Source: Bigelowiella natans CCMP2755
Lineage: Eukaryota > Protista > Cercozoa
Length of the DNA stretch: 53,370 bases
Direction: 5' to 3'
NCBI GenBank assembly: GCA_000320545.1
Contig: ADNK01001676.1
Location: forward strand, 1-53,370
Shown here one piece after another: positions 37,028 through 51,001 of this stretch. The notes beneath the pieces are model-generated. The model was not told the DNA's origin. It was given only the letters and a program-made list of their open reading frames with translations, and made no database searches. The translations under genes were made by a program, and so were the position numbers. Position 1 is the stretch's first letter. Each line of letters begins with the position of its first letter.

Positions 37028-38282
37028 CTACATTTGGTCGATCCGTAGCAAACTTCCACACATCGTACAGCACCAGTCATTTATCTGAAAGTGTCATGAA
37101 ACAAGAGGGTCAGATGAAATTGAGAGGCATTTTTCTCTCGAATGGCTTGATGTAGCCGAACTACAGAGATGCCAGCATAGCTACTTCCGACAACAGATAA
37201 AAATTGGTAGAGATGCCAGTTAATCTAGGCCTCCGTCTAGTAGGAAGAGCACGATCTAAGGCTACAGCACAAATGCTTCATTATTCTCTCTCGCATACCC
37301 ACAAGTAAGGAAATACCTTGCTAGGGATAGCACAGACCCTACAGAGCACCATGCCATCGGGGGGATCAGGAAGATAAGATTCCACAGAACGGCATTCATA
37401 CTCTATTGCACTATCATCAGATTCGATCATCGTCCGAATGTCCTCCTTCCTGTCCAGATACTGGCTCGCTCTTGATGATGATGGTGATGATGATGATGTC
37501 GCAGTGGCTGTGGGCGTCGTCGTACGTGAAGGGGTTGTGTCATCATCCAAGACCAGTAAGGCTAAATTCTCACTGCTGTTCAGCAAGAGGGAGCCTCCGC
37601 TTAAGGGGGCCGGAGAGCCAGCATCGGCTTTAATTGATGACGAGGACGAGGTCATGGACGAATCAACTACCTCCAATGGCCTCATTTTTTTAATTAGCCC
37701 CTTCTGCTTTCTCCTCTTCCCCTTTTTCTTTTGCCCAGTCAATTTGTCCTGCTTCTTCTTCTTCTCCTTCTTTTTCTTCTTCATCTTCTTCTTCATCCTT
37801 TCCTTCGTCTTCTTCCGCGTATTTTCGCTTCGCACCACTGCTGTCTGCGGAGCTTCGGAACCCCCATGGCAGTGAGGAGACGTGTTACTCACACAACGAG
37901 TGGGTGTGGTAGGCAGGCTGCTTGCAGGCTCGAGAGAACGAAGAGAAACGAGCGGATATTCCAAATCGGGATCCGCAATAGCTTTGGAATCCTGCCCTGT
38001 TGAAGGTGATGATGACGCAATCGATGGGGAAGCCACAACAGGGGATCTTCCTCTTGGCCCGATGTCTACATGCCGTTTACTGCTCTGTTTCACTTTGAAC
38101 TTCCGAACTTTTTTACCCCCTCTCTTCCTCTTCCTCCGTCGCTGTTTAGTCTCTCCGTTTCGACCGGCTGGAAGCGTCGACTTCCCAGGCATGAAGACAT
38201 TTGCTGGGCAACTTTTACTTGCTCCACAAACCTTGGCCTCCCCCGCCGGCCATGATTTTACCGGTTTCGAGTCATTGTTCAT
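37028..38282 (-). CDS. Lys/Ser-rich disordered protein with C-terminal RanBP2-like zinc ribbon; intron 37085-37316
   Basis: Long ORF with basic NLS-like tracts. A phase-0 splice gives CRVCAIPSK|INDWCCTMCGSLLRIDQM*, i.e. CxxC-x10-CxxC. Confidence 0.65.
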
Positions 38283-38965
38283 TCCGAGTTGTCGCTTGTG
38301 GCCATAGGGCAGCTTGAAATGAAAGCAAGAGGGATGAGTATCAAGAAAAATCGACCATCCAATTGTTTTGCTGCTTACCGCTACGACTGGCCGTCTATCC
38401 CTCCACAAAAATAGAGTCGCTAGTACATTCCGAGTAGCTTCATTAAGAGATGAATGAATGAGAACTCAGCAAAGGCGAACATATGCATCCAATCTTTAGG
38501 AATTTAACTATACTTCTATGCACTTCGTTCCCCTAGGCCTATTATAAGTATACAAAGACTACTCAGTTCCTGAGCTCTGGGCGGGTTCGCCTGGAGGAGG
38601 CCAGCCAATCCGATTCACTACAAAAATTGTGTAAAACTCTCTTTGTTTCTTGTCGCAGAATAAAAAATGACCTAAATACATCATAAAAAATCCATCATTT
38701 TGTTGCAGGCCAAGAACTGGAGGCACTTTCTGATTCCTTCTCCTGGGAACTAATAACTATTGGGGAAATCGTCCTATATTTTTCTTACGCGACAAGTCTC
38801 GGACACAACCCAAATCTAGTTTCGCTTGTGTTAAAATGTGTTGGGAAGTGTAAAATAAATGTTGTAACTTTTTATCCAGAAGACATCTAATCATTATTTC
38901 CTAAAACAATCACGTCGGGAAGAGAAAACCAACATCCGGGCACCACTGTGCACCTACCGGGGCGC

Positions 38966-40120
38966 ATGCATGCCAAGAGCCCCCCCCCCCGGCTACGCGC
39001 TATCTTATTCGCCTTTCATTCTGTCATCACCCTTGCAAATCAGCCTCATAGATACGCACCAGCTAAAAGACCTGGGCTAGCGCCGCGGCTACTTCGCACA
39101 CTCGCACATCATCAAGGAACCAAGTCGAGTCGAGTGAGGATATCTAAATTTGCAGATCATCCCCAGTTTAAATTGAACGCACTCCGAGCTGAGTCGCGGC
39201 CAACACACTCATCTGTACGGTGCTATGAAGGCGGGCAAAGCAGTCCTTCAATACGCGGGCTCTCGGATGTAGGGGCAATGGACGCCGGGAACGAATTTTC
39301 AGATAGAATTAGAACCTACAAGGTGTGGGGACCGCCCGCAGTTATTCTCGCAGGGTTTTCCCCACCGGAAGCTTCTATGGTTAAGGAGATACTTTGCGCG
39401 GTCGGGTCGGACTTTGTTCCGGTCATTTTAGTCGATGGCGAGCAGCTGTACCGCCCTGTTGCTGAGGTAGTAACCCTCCCCGAGCCGGAATGGCTGCTGC
39501 AGCCTTGGGCCTACAACCCAGAAAGCAAGCTGGGCAATGTGTGGGGCAGCGATCACGTGATCTTGTTCTCTGGCATTCCTATTCAAGAGCAGGCGACCCT
39601 GCTCGACGTGCTGGAATCGTGCCCGATGATGCCGATGCCAAGGATGTTCCCCGCGCTCGCGACGATGCATAACCAGAACGAGCCCGTGGGGAGCGTCATG
39701 GCGGAGGCAATCGAGCTCTATCGCCAGCAGCTCGACTTGAAAAAGGCGCCAGAAAAGTCTGTGTGGAGAGAGGACACCAAGCCGCCATCCCCGGTGCCAG
39801 TAGCAGACCCCGCGGTTGGCCTCGCCCCTCCCTCAAAGCCGAAAGAATTCACGCTGCCGTCGGAAGAGGAGATGGAAGCTGCCTGTGCAGAGTTTCTGTC
39901 TACAAATCTGCGCGAGCAGGTTGACGAGATATATCGCGGCTTGGAAAACGACGATATCTCCGTGCTGGAGGGACGCCGCGCAGCAATGACAGAGGAGGAG
40001 AAGCTTCGGTTGCGGAAGCTGATGGACGAGGAGGATAGGAGGAGGGAAGGGCAGCAACAACAAAGCAACACTGCTAGTGATGAGCCCGTAGATGATAATA
40101 ATGATAATGTTATCAAATAA
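38966..40120 (+). CDS. Plastid-targeted DUF3783-family protein, intronless
   Basis: Signal-plus-transit N-terminus, then WGPPAVILAGF..FVPVI..VILFSGI..FPALAT..N.N.PV..E, which resembles the plant/green-algal DUF3783 proteins. Acidic/charged tail. Confidence 0.7.
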   Translation: MHAKSPPPRLRAILFAFHSVITLANQPHRYAPAKRPGLAPRLLRTLAHHQGTKSSRVRISKFADHPQFKLNALRAESRPTHSSVRCYEGGQSSPSIRGLSDVGAMDAGNEFSDRIRTYKVWGPPAVILAGFSPPEASMVKEILCAVGSDFVPVILVDGEQLYRPVAEVVTLPEPEWLLQPWAYNPESKLGNVWGSDHVILFSGIPIQEQATLLDVLESCPMMPMPRMFPALATMHNQNEPVGSVMAEAIELYRQQLDLKKAPEKSVWREDTKPPSPVPVADPAVGLAPPSKPKEFTLPSEEEMEAACAEFLSTNLREQVDEIYRGLENDDISVLEGRRAAMTEEEKLRLRKLMDEEDRRREGQQQQSNTASDEPVDDNNDNVIK

Positions 40121-41197
40121 GTCCGATAATTAAGCGCGTGCTCTTGCCTTGCATCTTCCTCTTTTTGCACGGGTACAGTAACTATGAAAGAAATGATGAA
40201 AATGCTTCTCAATGCTCAAAGTAGCTAGGGCAGTGAGGCGAAATGTAGATAAATCGGCAAAATTTAATCATGTTATGTATAAGTCTTTTCTAGTGTTAGA
40301 ATACATCTAATTATGATAAATATAATAATACCCCACATTATTGTTACACATGCACGATCGATCATCACATCGCTGCTCGAAGCTTGCGTCTATAGCTGAC
40401 TTGCACGTGGCACACATTTATTACCAATGTATCCTGCACGCATGATGTATATGTGAAGTCGCTGTGCTTAATTTTTTCGCATTTTCTCACACCATCGATG
40501 AAACCTATCAACCTAACGCATTTAGCATCGTCACGTGATTTACACAACATGCATTTTAGAAAGCTCTTTAATATTGGGCTACAGTAGTTCGGCTAGATTT
40601 CTGTCGATAAATCGAACTGCTTATGTACGCATGGACACTAGCACAGCTAGACAGCACCACATCCCTCACAATTTCATTAAGCTGCATAGAAGCGCCGCTG
40701 CAATGCTAGAATGCACAACACGTTCTTCTTTCGGGTTGCCTGCTGAATGATAATTAGCGCGCAGCACGTATTTGTGCAGTTTGTTAGTCAATATGACATA
40801 TTTAGATGCAGCTAAAGTGCCTATACTAATAAGTGAGTCACATGCAGACTGTTACACATCATGTCTATGATCGCACATATGGCGGCCTATGCTAGTATGT
40901 GGTAAATCGTAGATTACTAGCATAGATGATTATCTAGATCACGTAATGAATGTAGCAGCGTCAGCTGCGAGCAGCACGCCGTGTGCACGTACGAATTGCA
41001 TTCTGGTAACAACATTGTCCATTGTAGCCTCGAATCTATAGCATATGAATTCTGCGAAGAAAATCCATGGCCACCGCCGCATGCATCATGCTTGCTTGCG
41101 CCCACAACAACGCCACGACATACGAAGTGTAACTGTAGGCAATATTATCATGCCGTGCTAGCATGATCGGCCGCATGCACAGCGTAGCCGCCACTCT

Positions 41198-42463
41198 CTA
41201 GCCTGCCCCCCCATGGAGATTCGAGATGAAGTCTCTCGTTGCAGCACCGTGACGACCATAACGAGAGCGCCTGGCGGGGTTCCTCGTTGTGGTCGCTCCA
41301 GCTGACGATGACGATAGCGCAGAGGGCATGACTCCTGTAACAGGTATTCGAGATCTTCCTCGCCCAACCAAACGGCCTCCTGATATGCAACCACACATAA
41401 GCGTGCATTCTCCTAGGAACCTAGCGCGCGCGGGCTGCTTTCTACTGCTACTTCAATGCAAAGGGCATCGTTTGTACGATCTGCAAAAGCACGGAAAGTA
41501 ATCGGTTCCTTAGGCTCTCCCATCGGGTACCGTTAGGTTGCAATCGGAAAAGCAGTAAAAGGGAAAAATGCAAAGAGACGGATTTTGGCCCCGGCGCCAA
41601 GGAGTGGGCGGTTCTGCGAGAATCGTCGATGCCTCCATGCTTCATCATTGGTCTTTTGGAGGAGGGGAAAGAAGAATGTCTATCTGCAAATCAATGTGAA
41701 ACTTACTTAATCCAGGATGGCGGGCTATAGAAGGCCTGAAGCTTCCTCCCCGAACAGCCTTGAACCGCGCCCCATGCTGCCAGCTGCGCGACCTTTGCCT
41801 TTGGTAGACCTGCCTCTCACGGAGCGTTGCTGATAAGCGAATATGTGAGCCCTGAGGTGTGTGTGCTCGCTTCTCCCTCCCTCCCTCCCCTCCCCCCCCC
41901 CTCTCTGTGTGTATGTTTGTGAATTTTTGGATATGCTTCGGACACGGTACCTGCCGATTCAGCGATGCAGATTTCAGATCTCTCCCCCACCTAATTTTCG
42001 ATAATTCTCAAGGTTATGAAGCATATGGTTCCAAACCTCTTCTCTCCGTATCATCTATCAGGGTGCTATATGGCCATCTACCGCATCGAAGACCCCGAGG
42101 ACGACGACCTAGGAAGCAAACGCTCTAGTCAGTCACATTGAGTAACATGGAATACTACTCAACTTGTAATGAACAACAATAGCTGCAGGGAGAGGAGGGT
42201 GGCCTCGCACTACTACTCGGAAAAGGACGTGTACACACGTTATTACCAAGCCGAATGACGCTCCAGTTCAGTCTCTAAAATACCTGTTTACAGCATCACA
42301 TCATTGGCACGATATATGCGCACACTTACCGCTCAAAAAAACGGTGCGCATTTTGCTAATCGACGTGCTGCTATTTTGCCCTTGATGACAGGGCAACGAG
42401 CAGTTTCAGAAGATAGTAATATGAACTCTCTTCTTACACCAACTATCTCTCTATCTCCCTCTC

Positions 42464-42541
<78 letters not shown>

Positions 42542-42765
42542 ATTACGAATATTTCCCACACACACACTCTAATCAACACGGACGTTTTAAACGCATCATT
42601 ACAGTCGGAAAAACCCCGCATACGATCTACGTTGGGAGCCACCTTGAGCACAACCGCCATCAACACCGCTGTCGTCAAAAGCGTACGCATCTGGAATCGG
42701 CGCATGCATGATGGAGAAGCTACGCCGAGCCCACTCATTCTAAAAATATATGATTAAGAGCATAT

Positions 42766-42806
<41 letters not shown>

Positions 42807-43832
42807 ACATATATGTATACAATATTTTATATGTGTGTGTGGACACGCGTTCGTTTAATCGAAGAAAACCAAAGAAAAACTCAGCATTTTATCGTGCTCA
42901 TCCTGCGAGAAACAACGACGGGATATCCAATACACGAGGCTGATTCGTCTTGAAAACTGCGAGAAAGAGCATTCGTGCTGTTCTCAAAGGATTCGTTCAC
43001 GAACGCAAGACAACGATCGGAGTGCTGCAGAACACGCCATTCTCATTGAAAGTGATGGCGGCTAGAACAATCCCCCAACACCGTGCTGGTAATGTCTGAA
43101 CGACATTCTTAGTTGTTTTGTTCTCATCAACACTCTTAGCTGTTTTGTTCTCGCCGTTTGGTAGTCTCACCCCTTTTGGCCTCGCTGCCCCACTGCCTTG
43201 GATCTTAGGAGGCTGGGCGCTGAACGACACGATATAGACGAAAAACAGCAGATCCAAGAAGTGTTTTTTCGAGAAGCTGGGAAAACGGTGTCACACAGTC
43301 TCTGGCGACGCTGAATCTTTTTGCGAATCTCTCCCTAGATAAATACCGATGCAGTGTCGCGAAATCCACGTCTTTGAAGAAAGGATGGTTCTTCAGAGCC
43401 CCGGCGCCGCTGACGACCGACAATATATGCAATCAAGACAAGCCTCAAACATCACGAAAATATACAATCACTCGAGTTTATTCTTGCCAGTGCTCTTACG
43501 TTCGCTTGCGACTCTTATATCGAAGAGTAGGTATCCAAAAAAACAAATGCTGCAGGGGCGACAAGTGTTATGATCTTCAAACCTTCTTCCTAGCCGCTCA
43601 GACTGCTTCGGTAGGAGGAGGGAACCAACGAGGCCACGTGACTTTGGAACGGCATCAATAGCACACGCCAAAGTGAGATTCATTAACCCAAACAATGAGT
43701 TCATTGCAAAGATAGGTTATTTAGCTGCCATTCGCTTTGCGTCGTCGTGTTAAATCGAAAGGACCCGTGCATAAAGAAGAAGCGAAATTACGATATAAAC
43801 CATAATGTCCTTCTCCTCGAAAAGCCACGATG

Positions 43833-43868
<36 letters not shown>

Positions 43869-44613
43869 ACACGTGATGATCAGCCAACCTTTGCATCGAA
43901 GTGCGACTCCGGAAAGCGTTTTTCCATTGCTTTTGAATACTCGCTGCCCCCCCCTCCAGCCTCGAGACCGTTGTCCACATCAAAACTGTCGGTGGGGGTG
44001 GTCAGAATTTGCAAACTACACAACTCCTCAAAAATTATCTTCCTCCTACTATTTTGATGAATCGCCGTCTTATCGCTTTATCATTATCATCATCTCCCCC
44101 CCCCCCCTTCAATAATAGAAAACTACTGCAGCATTCTGCTGCTGCTGCTGCCGTGGTGTGCGTGTGTCTACATGCATGCGCGCGCGTGTGTTTGTGTTGT
44201 TGTTGTTGTTGTTGTTGATATACCGAACGCTGGAGCTTCTGGCAACAATCTCTACGTCATTTGACTAATGTACAATTTCGACGGAAATATCAGTATCAGC
44301 TCAGGATCAAGATAAATCAATGCGAGCCTTCCTCACAAACTACTACTGAGCGCTAGGAATCCTGCCAAAGAATACAAATCTTTAAATCCGATTTTCTTCA
44401 TAGTTCAAAAAAAAAAAAACAAAGAAATAAGAAATGGTATCCTTATGGTGCGCTGGGTATCAAACCCCTGCGGTGACAATTGCTATTGATAAGCCGGTTG
44501 TTTGTTTACTGTGTGTTTGTCTTTTGGAACAAGAAGAGAATAACTGCTACCTGCTTGACCCATATTGGAGGACCTCCAGAGAGCATATGGAATACCACAC
44601 ATCCAAATCCCCA

Positions 44614-44655
<42 letters not shown>

Positions 44656-44788
44656 TGTACATGTGTGTGTGTGTTTTGTGATTGTGTTGTTATTTGCAGC
44701 GAGAAAAGACGCGCAGTTGTTGTTTGGGAGTTGAGGAAAACGCAGCAAGCATTCGTGGAAGAGCAACAACTCAAGGCATAAATATGTG

Positions 44789-44835
<47 letters not shown>

Positions 44836-46179
44836 GGCCTACCCAATCTGTGAGATAACTGGAATCTCCTCCCTTGAGCACCTGTAGCAATTACGCATGA
44901 TATAGCAAAAATGATCCCCGACACGAAATACATATCAATGTGAGTAATGAATAAAAGCAGCACCTCAGGTGGAAGATATATCGCCGTCCCTTCAATAGCA
45001 GCGCCACCTACAAAAATGGCGCGTTACAAATCACATCGCAAGAAAAACACAATTAGAAACAATTGTCCCATACGCTCTCCCCTTACTACCCTCCCCCGCC
45101 TCTAGAAGCCGTTATAAGACAAGAAAAATCATCCTATATGTGCTCTGTCCAATCGGCGATCAAGATAAGCAAGGTCAAAGACGACCTTTGCACTCGGATA
45201 TATGGCGGCAAGCGCCAAAATCGCTAAGTTTCGCATGGCCTGTAATTACATAGCTTAAGTACATAATATACATAATATTCGCGACACACACACACATACA
45301 CACACACACACACACACACATAATATAATGTATTGTCAGATTCACCTGATTCCATCATCAGCACGTTCTCCGGCTTTAAATCGCCGAATACATATCTGCA
45401 GGCGAAGACACGAAGATCAGATTTCGACCAGAAGAGTGCGTATAAAACATAATGTATATATAATATATGTATAGATTATACACATATTTATGTGTGTGTG
45501 TGTGTGTGTGTGCAATGGGTAGATATGGTTTGTTATCTGACTTGAAGGAATGGATATGCTCAACCGCTGAGAGAATCTCCGCCGCTGTAAACCTACCAGT
45601 TAAAACACGGCAAGAAGTGCCACCACCGCGCAACCGACCGCAAAAATCAGCATGGAAGAGGGAAGCGCTCTCCCAACTACTCGAAATTCATTGGAATTGG
45701 AGAGTGAAGATATCGAGTCTGACGGTGGTGTGCGTGCGGATGCGGCAGTATCTGGCAAAGGAAGAGTCTCTGCGAAATGAGAACTATTCGGACATCAATG
45801 CACACATAGATATAACATAGTATATTTACCGGGTGTTTTCAACGGCAATAGGCCCCAAACGCACAATAAGCGAGTGCAAATCACCGTTCTATATAAGGTC
45901 ACAGACAACGGCAGTGTTAGCAGTACCATCGAAGAATGCCCATCAACGCAATATATATAAACAATACCGTTTCGGATTTCACAAAATACGCGAACAACAA
46001 AAGATTCTTTCTTTGAAACCGCTACCTGTGCGTACTCCGACACGATGTGGAAATGCCGGCTACTCGCAAAGAAGCTAACGAATCCTTTCCAAGGCGTGTT
46101 CCAAGCAGGATTAGCATGAATAGCAGTCGCAATCAGCGAAGGGTGCCATGAGTGAGAGCATCATTCAAAGGACATTATG

Positions 46180-46214
<35 letters not shown>

Positions 46215-46534
46215 ATATCGTTGTGGAGGAGTTAGTAGCACAGCACGTGATCAGACCTATGATGTTGGGGTGAGAGAATCTTCTCATTACATTGACTTCC
46301 CGCCTCGCCACCTAGTGATGAATTGCGCCGTTCATTTAGACTTAAGCGCCATATGCGATGAATCGCCAGGCAAAGAGCCACCACCTTTTCATGCTCTTTC
46401 TTTATCTCCTTTACCGCATATGACCTCCACTGAGATCTACCCGTCCAAAACGACGGCCATGACAACAACAACAACAACAACGACAACGGGACAATCCAAG
46501 TGAATAGCACTCTGGTTGGAACCCACATATATCA

Positions 46535-46571
<37 letters not shown>

Positions 46572-46959
46572 ATATATGTATATATTATGTATATGCTGCA
46601 AGGAATAAAGTAGGCGCATAAGCTCTCCGCGCTTAGAAAGTACAGGGACATCTCGTCACTTCGCACATGCTTGCACAAACAACGCCACCTTGCCTTTCCT
46701 TTCAGGATTCTCTGGGCATGCCGCACAGTAGCAAACGACCCTAGATTTTTGGGAGAGCAAGAGAACGGCGACACCGCACTTAGTCCTCACGTGAAATAAT
46801 AGATAATGCTTGAATATGCTACTATTCGTTATTCTCTCCGCAATTCTGATACAGCCTGACCTTTTCCTAGATCTTTGCCAAATACAAGTTTGAAGAGGTT
46901 GAGGTCCTTTTCCTCTTTAGAAGAAGCAGCCTCATCGACAGCAGCTGGGTATTGTAATC

Positions 46960-46997
<38 letters not shown>

Positions 46998-47293
46998 ACC
47001 AGCCAAAAGAAATGAAACTATTAAAACAATATAGAATTCAAATATATAGAGCCGTATTTATATAAGCAGCTAATTTACCGTCATTGGTGGGTTTTTTAGT
47101 TATTTTGGAATCGTGACCCTCTTCCAGCTTCATATCTTTGTCGCGGCTATTATCGCCCTTGCTTTCACCTTTGTCATCCTCCATCTCTACCCCCTTTGCT
47201 CCGTTTCGAGCTTGATCTGGGCTAGTATTAACCCTAAGCACTAACTTCTGTACCTGCGGGTAGTAATGTGCATCAATGCTCGTAATGCTGTTG

Positions 47294-47331
<38 letters not shown>

Positions 47332-47448
47332 TATATTAGTATATCAATCTATATCTCACACTCACTCCTCGTTGTTCGCGACCGTTATCATCGTATCTGA
47401 CAGCAGTCATTATGCTCGGATGCTCGAAATACATTACCTTATCTGCAA

Positions 47449-47486
<38 letters not shown>

Positions 47487-50017
47487 TCATCCCCACTCTT
47501 CCTTGACGAGGCAGATTCGAGGCTGTTTTGCTGCCGCGACTGAGCGGCGGCCATTTCGAAAGCACGGACCGCCTCCGTTTTGAACGATTGCGCATCTAAT
47601 CGTATCAAAAACCTGCATTTGGCGGAAGGAAGATGCCAACGACAAAGAAAAGATGAGAGAATGATTACAAGCGAGAATACTAATGGAATTATTATTATTA
47701 ATACATATATATATATATATATATATATATTATGTGCTGTAGTTAGATGTTTTGGGTGGCTGCGCACGCAAGATAGCTCTTCAAACCTGATGACATTCTC
47801 CGTCATTTTGCGAACAGTCTCGTTCCAGTGATCTAGCCCCTCAACTACCAAAGGCCGAGTCTATAACCATGATAGTATTGATAGTAGTAGCAGTAGTAGT
47901 AGTAGTAATAAGGATATTGTCCAGTGTTTTGGAACAACAAAACGAAAAAAAAGACATGGTTGAACATCGCATCCAGTCTTCTCCCTCTTTCTCTCGTCCC
48001 GCGTCTCAAAACCATGCAAAAAACACAAAAACGTCATTCAGTAAAGACTCCGATGCAGCCTGGCCTCTAGCACACACACATACGTACCAAATACGATATA
48101 ACTCGATCTGGGTCGCTCTGCGGGTACAATCGAACAAACAAACACGTCCGGCAGCAATTGAGTTAAACGCGCGTGGAGGAGAGAACATCGCGCAAATTGC
48201 AGCTTGGGAGCGCGCGCAAACCCATCAAACTAAAGCTGTGCGGCGAGCAACCGATGTTAAGTTAACACACGCGACCGATGCTAGAATGCCCCGAGCGCCA
48301 TCAGAACGGAACAGCCTCAAGCCCGCCTCGGCGACCATACTAACCAACATTACCAACACATGCAGACAACACCGCTGGTAAGAGAGGTGAAAGGGAGAAG
48401 AACATCAACGACACTCGCATCCCACGAGAGAACTGCCTTCAGCTCTGCATGTGGTAAAGACGCGGAAAACCGTGCCACCGGAGACCGACCTGTTTTGGCA
48501 CGAGACGCACGCTGTCAAACGCGCGGCGACCATTCCTGCCTCAAGTTTCGTGAGTTTCAAGCCTATTTGATGAAAGAGCAAGAGGGGAGCGCACGCCATA
48601 TCGATGTGAATGCGCAAGGTAGCAATCGGTTCCGACGTGTTCCGCTGCCTCTCCCTGATCTACTTACTACCTCTCTGCTTTCCGAATTCTAAGAGAGATG
48701 TCAACTCCGTCAGTAGTAGAACCTTTGTTGTGAGGAGCACCGGGGGGCAGAGGGGGGGAAAGAGAGGGGGGGGAAGAGAGCGTGTTCATAATAGCCGGCA
48801 AAGACGTTACCTTTACCAACAGCGAGGTGCATTGTACACCGTAGGCGCTGCTACATATCATTTGCTTTTGAAAAAACAGAGAAAGGACCATACAAACGAC
48901 GCGGATGGCGACGAAAGTGCTTACACAGGGGTAAATGCGAGCAGGCAAATGGGAAAAGCCTCCTCAGAACCCCCCCAAACCAACAAGTACGGGGCCCATT
49001 TACTAAGCTCACCGACCTCTTTCGGCGTATTTCCTGATGACCTCTTTGGCCAGGAGCTTAAGACTCCTCTTATGATCTTCCCTGTTTTGAGTACTTTTCA
49101 GAATTCAAACCGCGTGTTTCAGCAGCACATCTACCATTCCTCCTAACTTGCAACGCTACTACAAAAGCCGCGCACGAGCATCCCTTGCAGCCGCCCCTCG
49201 CTTGGTGTGTGTGTGTGTGTGTGTGCGTGTGTGCGTGTGTGTATATGCTTTATGTTAGTAGACACGTGGAAAGTTAAAACACTGAAGAGGGAGGGCGGCA
49301 GGAGGGATACGATATGACCGAATACGCCAGGTGCTTTCTCGATAAACGCTCTCAGCGCAGCAACCAATGGTTTGTGGATGACCTAGTCAAGCACACGCAA
49401 TGATCGGCTACAGGTAGAGGCATATCAACCGTGTTATATATGGAGCGGGGTGAATGATGATGCTGCAGGCCTCTGCGACGGCAATGGCGCAACCTGTAAG
49501 AGGGGCTTTAGATGACTTAGTTTGCCTGGAATCCCATGCAATGGGAGAACCTGAGCAGCGGTGTTCCAGCAACGTGTTAGTAGTAGTAGTTGTAGTAGTA
49601 GTAGAAGAAGAAGAAGAAGAAGAAGAAGAAGAAGAAGAAGAAGGGAGCCCACGTCCTTTACTTTTTGAGCGCTAACTTAGATATGTAAATTTTGGGATTA
49701 GTCCTGTGTGTGTGTGTGTGTATGCGTGTGCAGGTTAATACGCGGATGTGTGTTTGAGTCTCAGGATTATGATCGATTTTATACGCATTTTCCCGTTTAC
49801 TCTATCGATTAGCAGCTTCTGGTTTTGAGGTGATAGTGGAAGTTTAAAGCCCTGTGTATGCAATAACGACGAGTTGGCATTGTCATCATCATTTTATTCA
49901 CATTATTCAAGAGCCAATCCTTCGTTCAAAGGCTGAATGGTAGATCTACTTCGAGCGCACGATGCAGCGTACACGCATACGCTTTCGCACACAAACACAC
50001 TTGAAAAAGACACTTCA

Positions 50018-50056
<39 letters not shown>

Positions 50057-50097
50057 AATATAATATCTACGCATATAAAAAACGCCTAATGAGAGAG

Positions 50098-50139
<42 letters not shown>

Positions 50140-50372
50140 GGAGAAGGAATAAATACCCACCTTAATTATAGTGGTAGTAAGTGTCAATGCAACGTGAGCT
50201 GCCCGAGCCTTCTCTCGAGGCGACAGTCCTGATAAGCTAGTGGGGAGGGGGGGGGGGGAGAGAGGAATCATCATCGTTTCAGTAGTTCATATTTCATGTG
50301 TAACGCACTGTTATGTAACACATATGCTCGTATTCAGATTAACTCAGGTTAGCAAAGCTAATGGGTTTTAAT

Positions 50373-50419
<47 letters not shown>

Positions 50420-50578
50420 ACTTATAGCCCCTTTATATTATCTTCTTGGATTTACATGTTTGTAGCGAAGGATATCTTATTTGCATTCGTCAAAAGGCTT
50501 CCTAGATCGCCTGAATATCGATGATGAGCATGAATGGGTGAGGGGGAGGACAGACGATGCGGTCTGCTTCAAGGGCCG

Positions 50579-50624
<46 letters not shown>

Positions 50625-50954
50625 GTACACAAGCACGTACGGAGTCACACACATAAAAACGTGTAAATATCATCGCTGTTACTTCGAATGAGAGGCCGTA
50701 GGTTGGGAAGCAGCTGGTAGATGTCTTGCACTATTTTCTGGAGAAATACTCCTGCAAATATTAGCAACCATGTCAACGACAAAGCAATGGTAATTCGCAA
50801 TGGTTTCTGTTTATATTATATCACAATGAATGCTGGATAAACAAAACACCGAACCCTTCATCTTATCACGTTCTTTTTTATAAAAAGAAAAATAATGATG
50901 AGAACTTGAGTGAATGCAGGTGTGCGTGTGTGTGTGTGTGTCTGCATACATGAC

Positions 50955-51001
<47 letters not shown>

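Noticed and set aside
37438-40212. Long antisense ORFs (37438-37875, 37882-38307, 39718-40212)
   Set aside because: These are shadows of real genes on the opposite strand.
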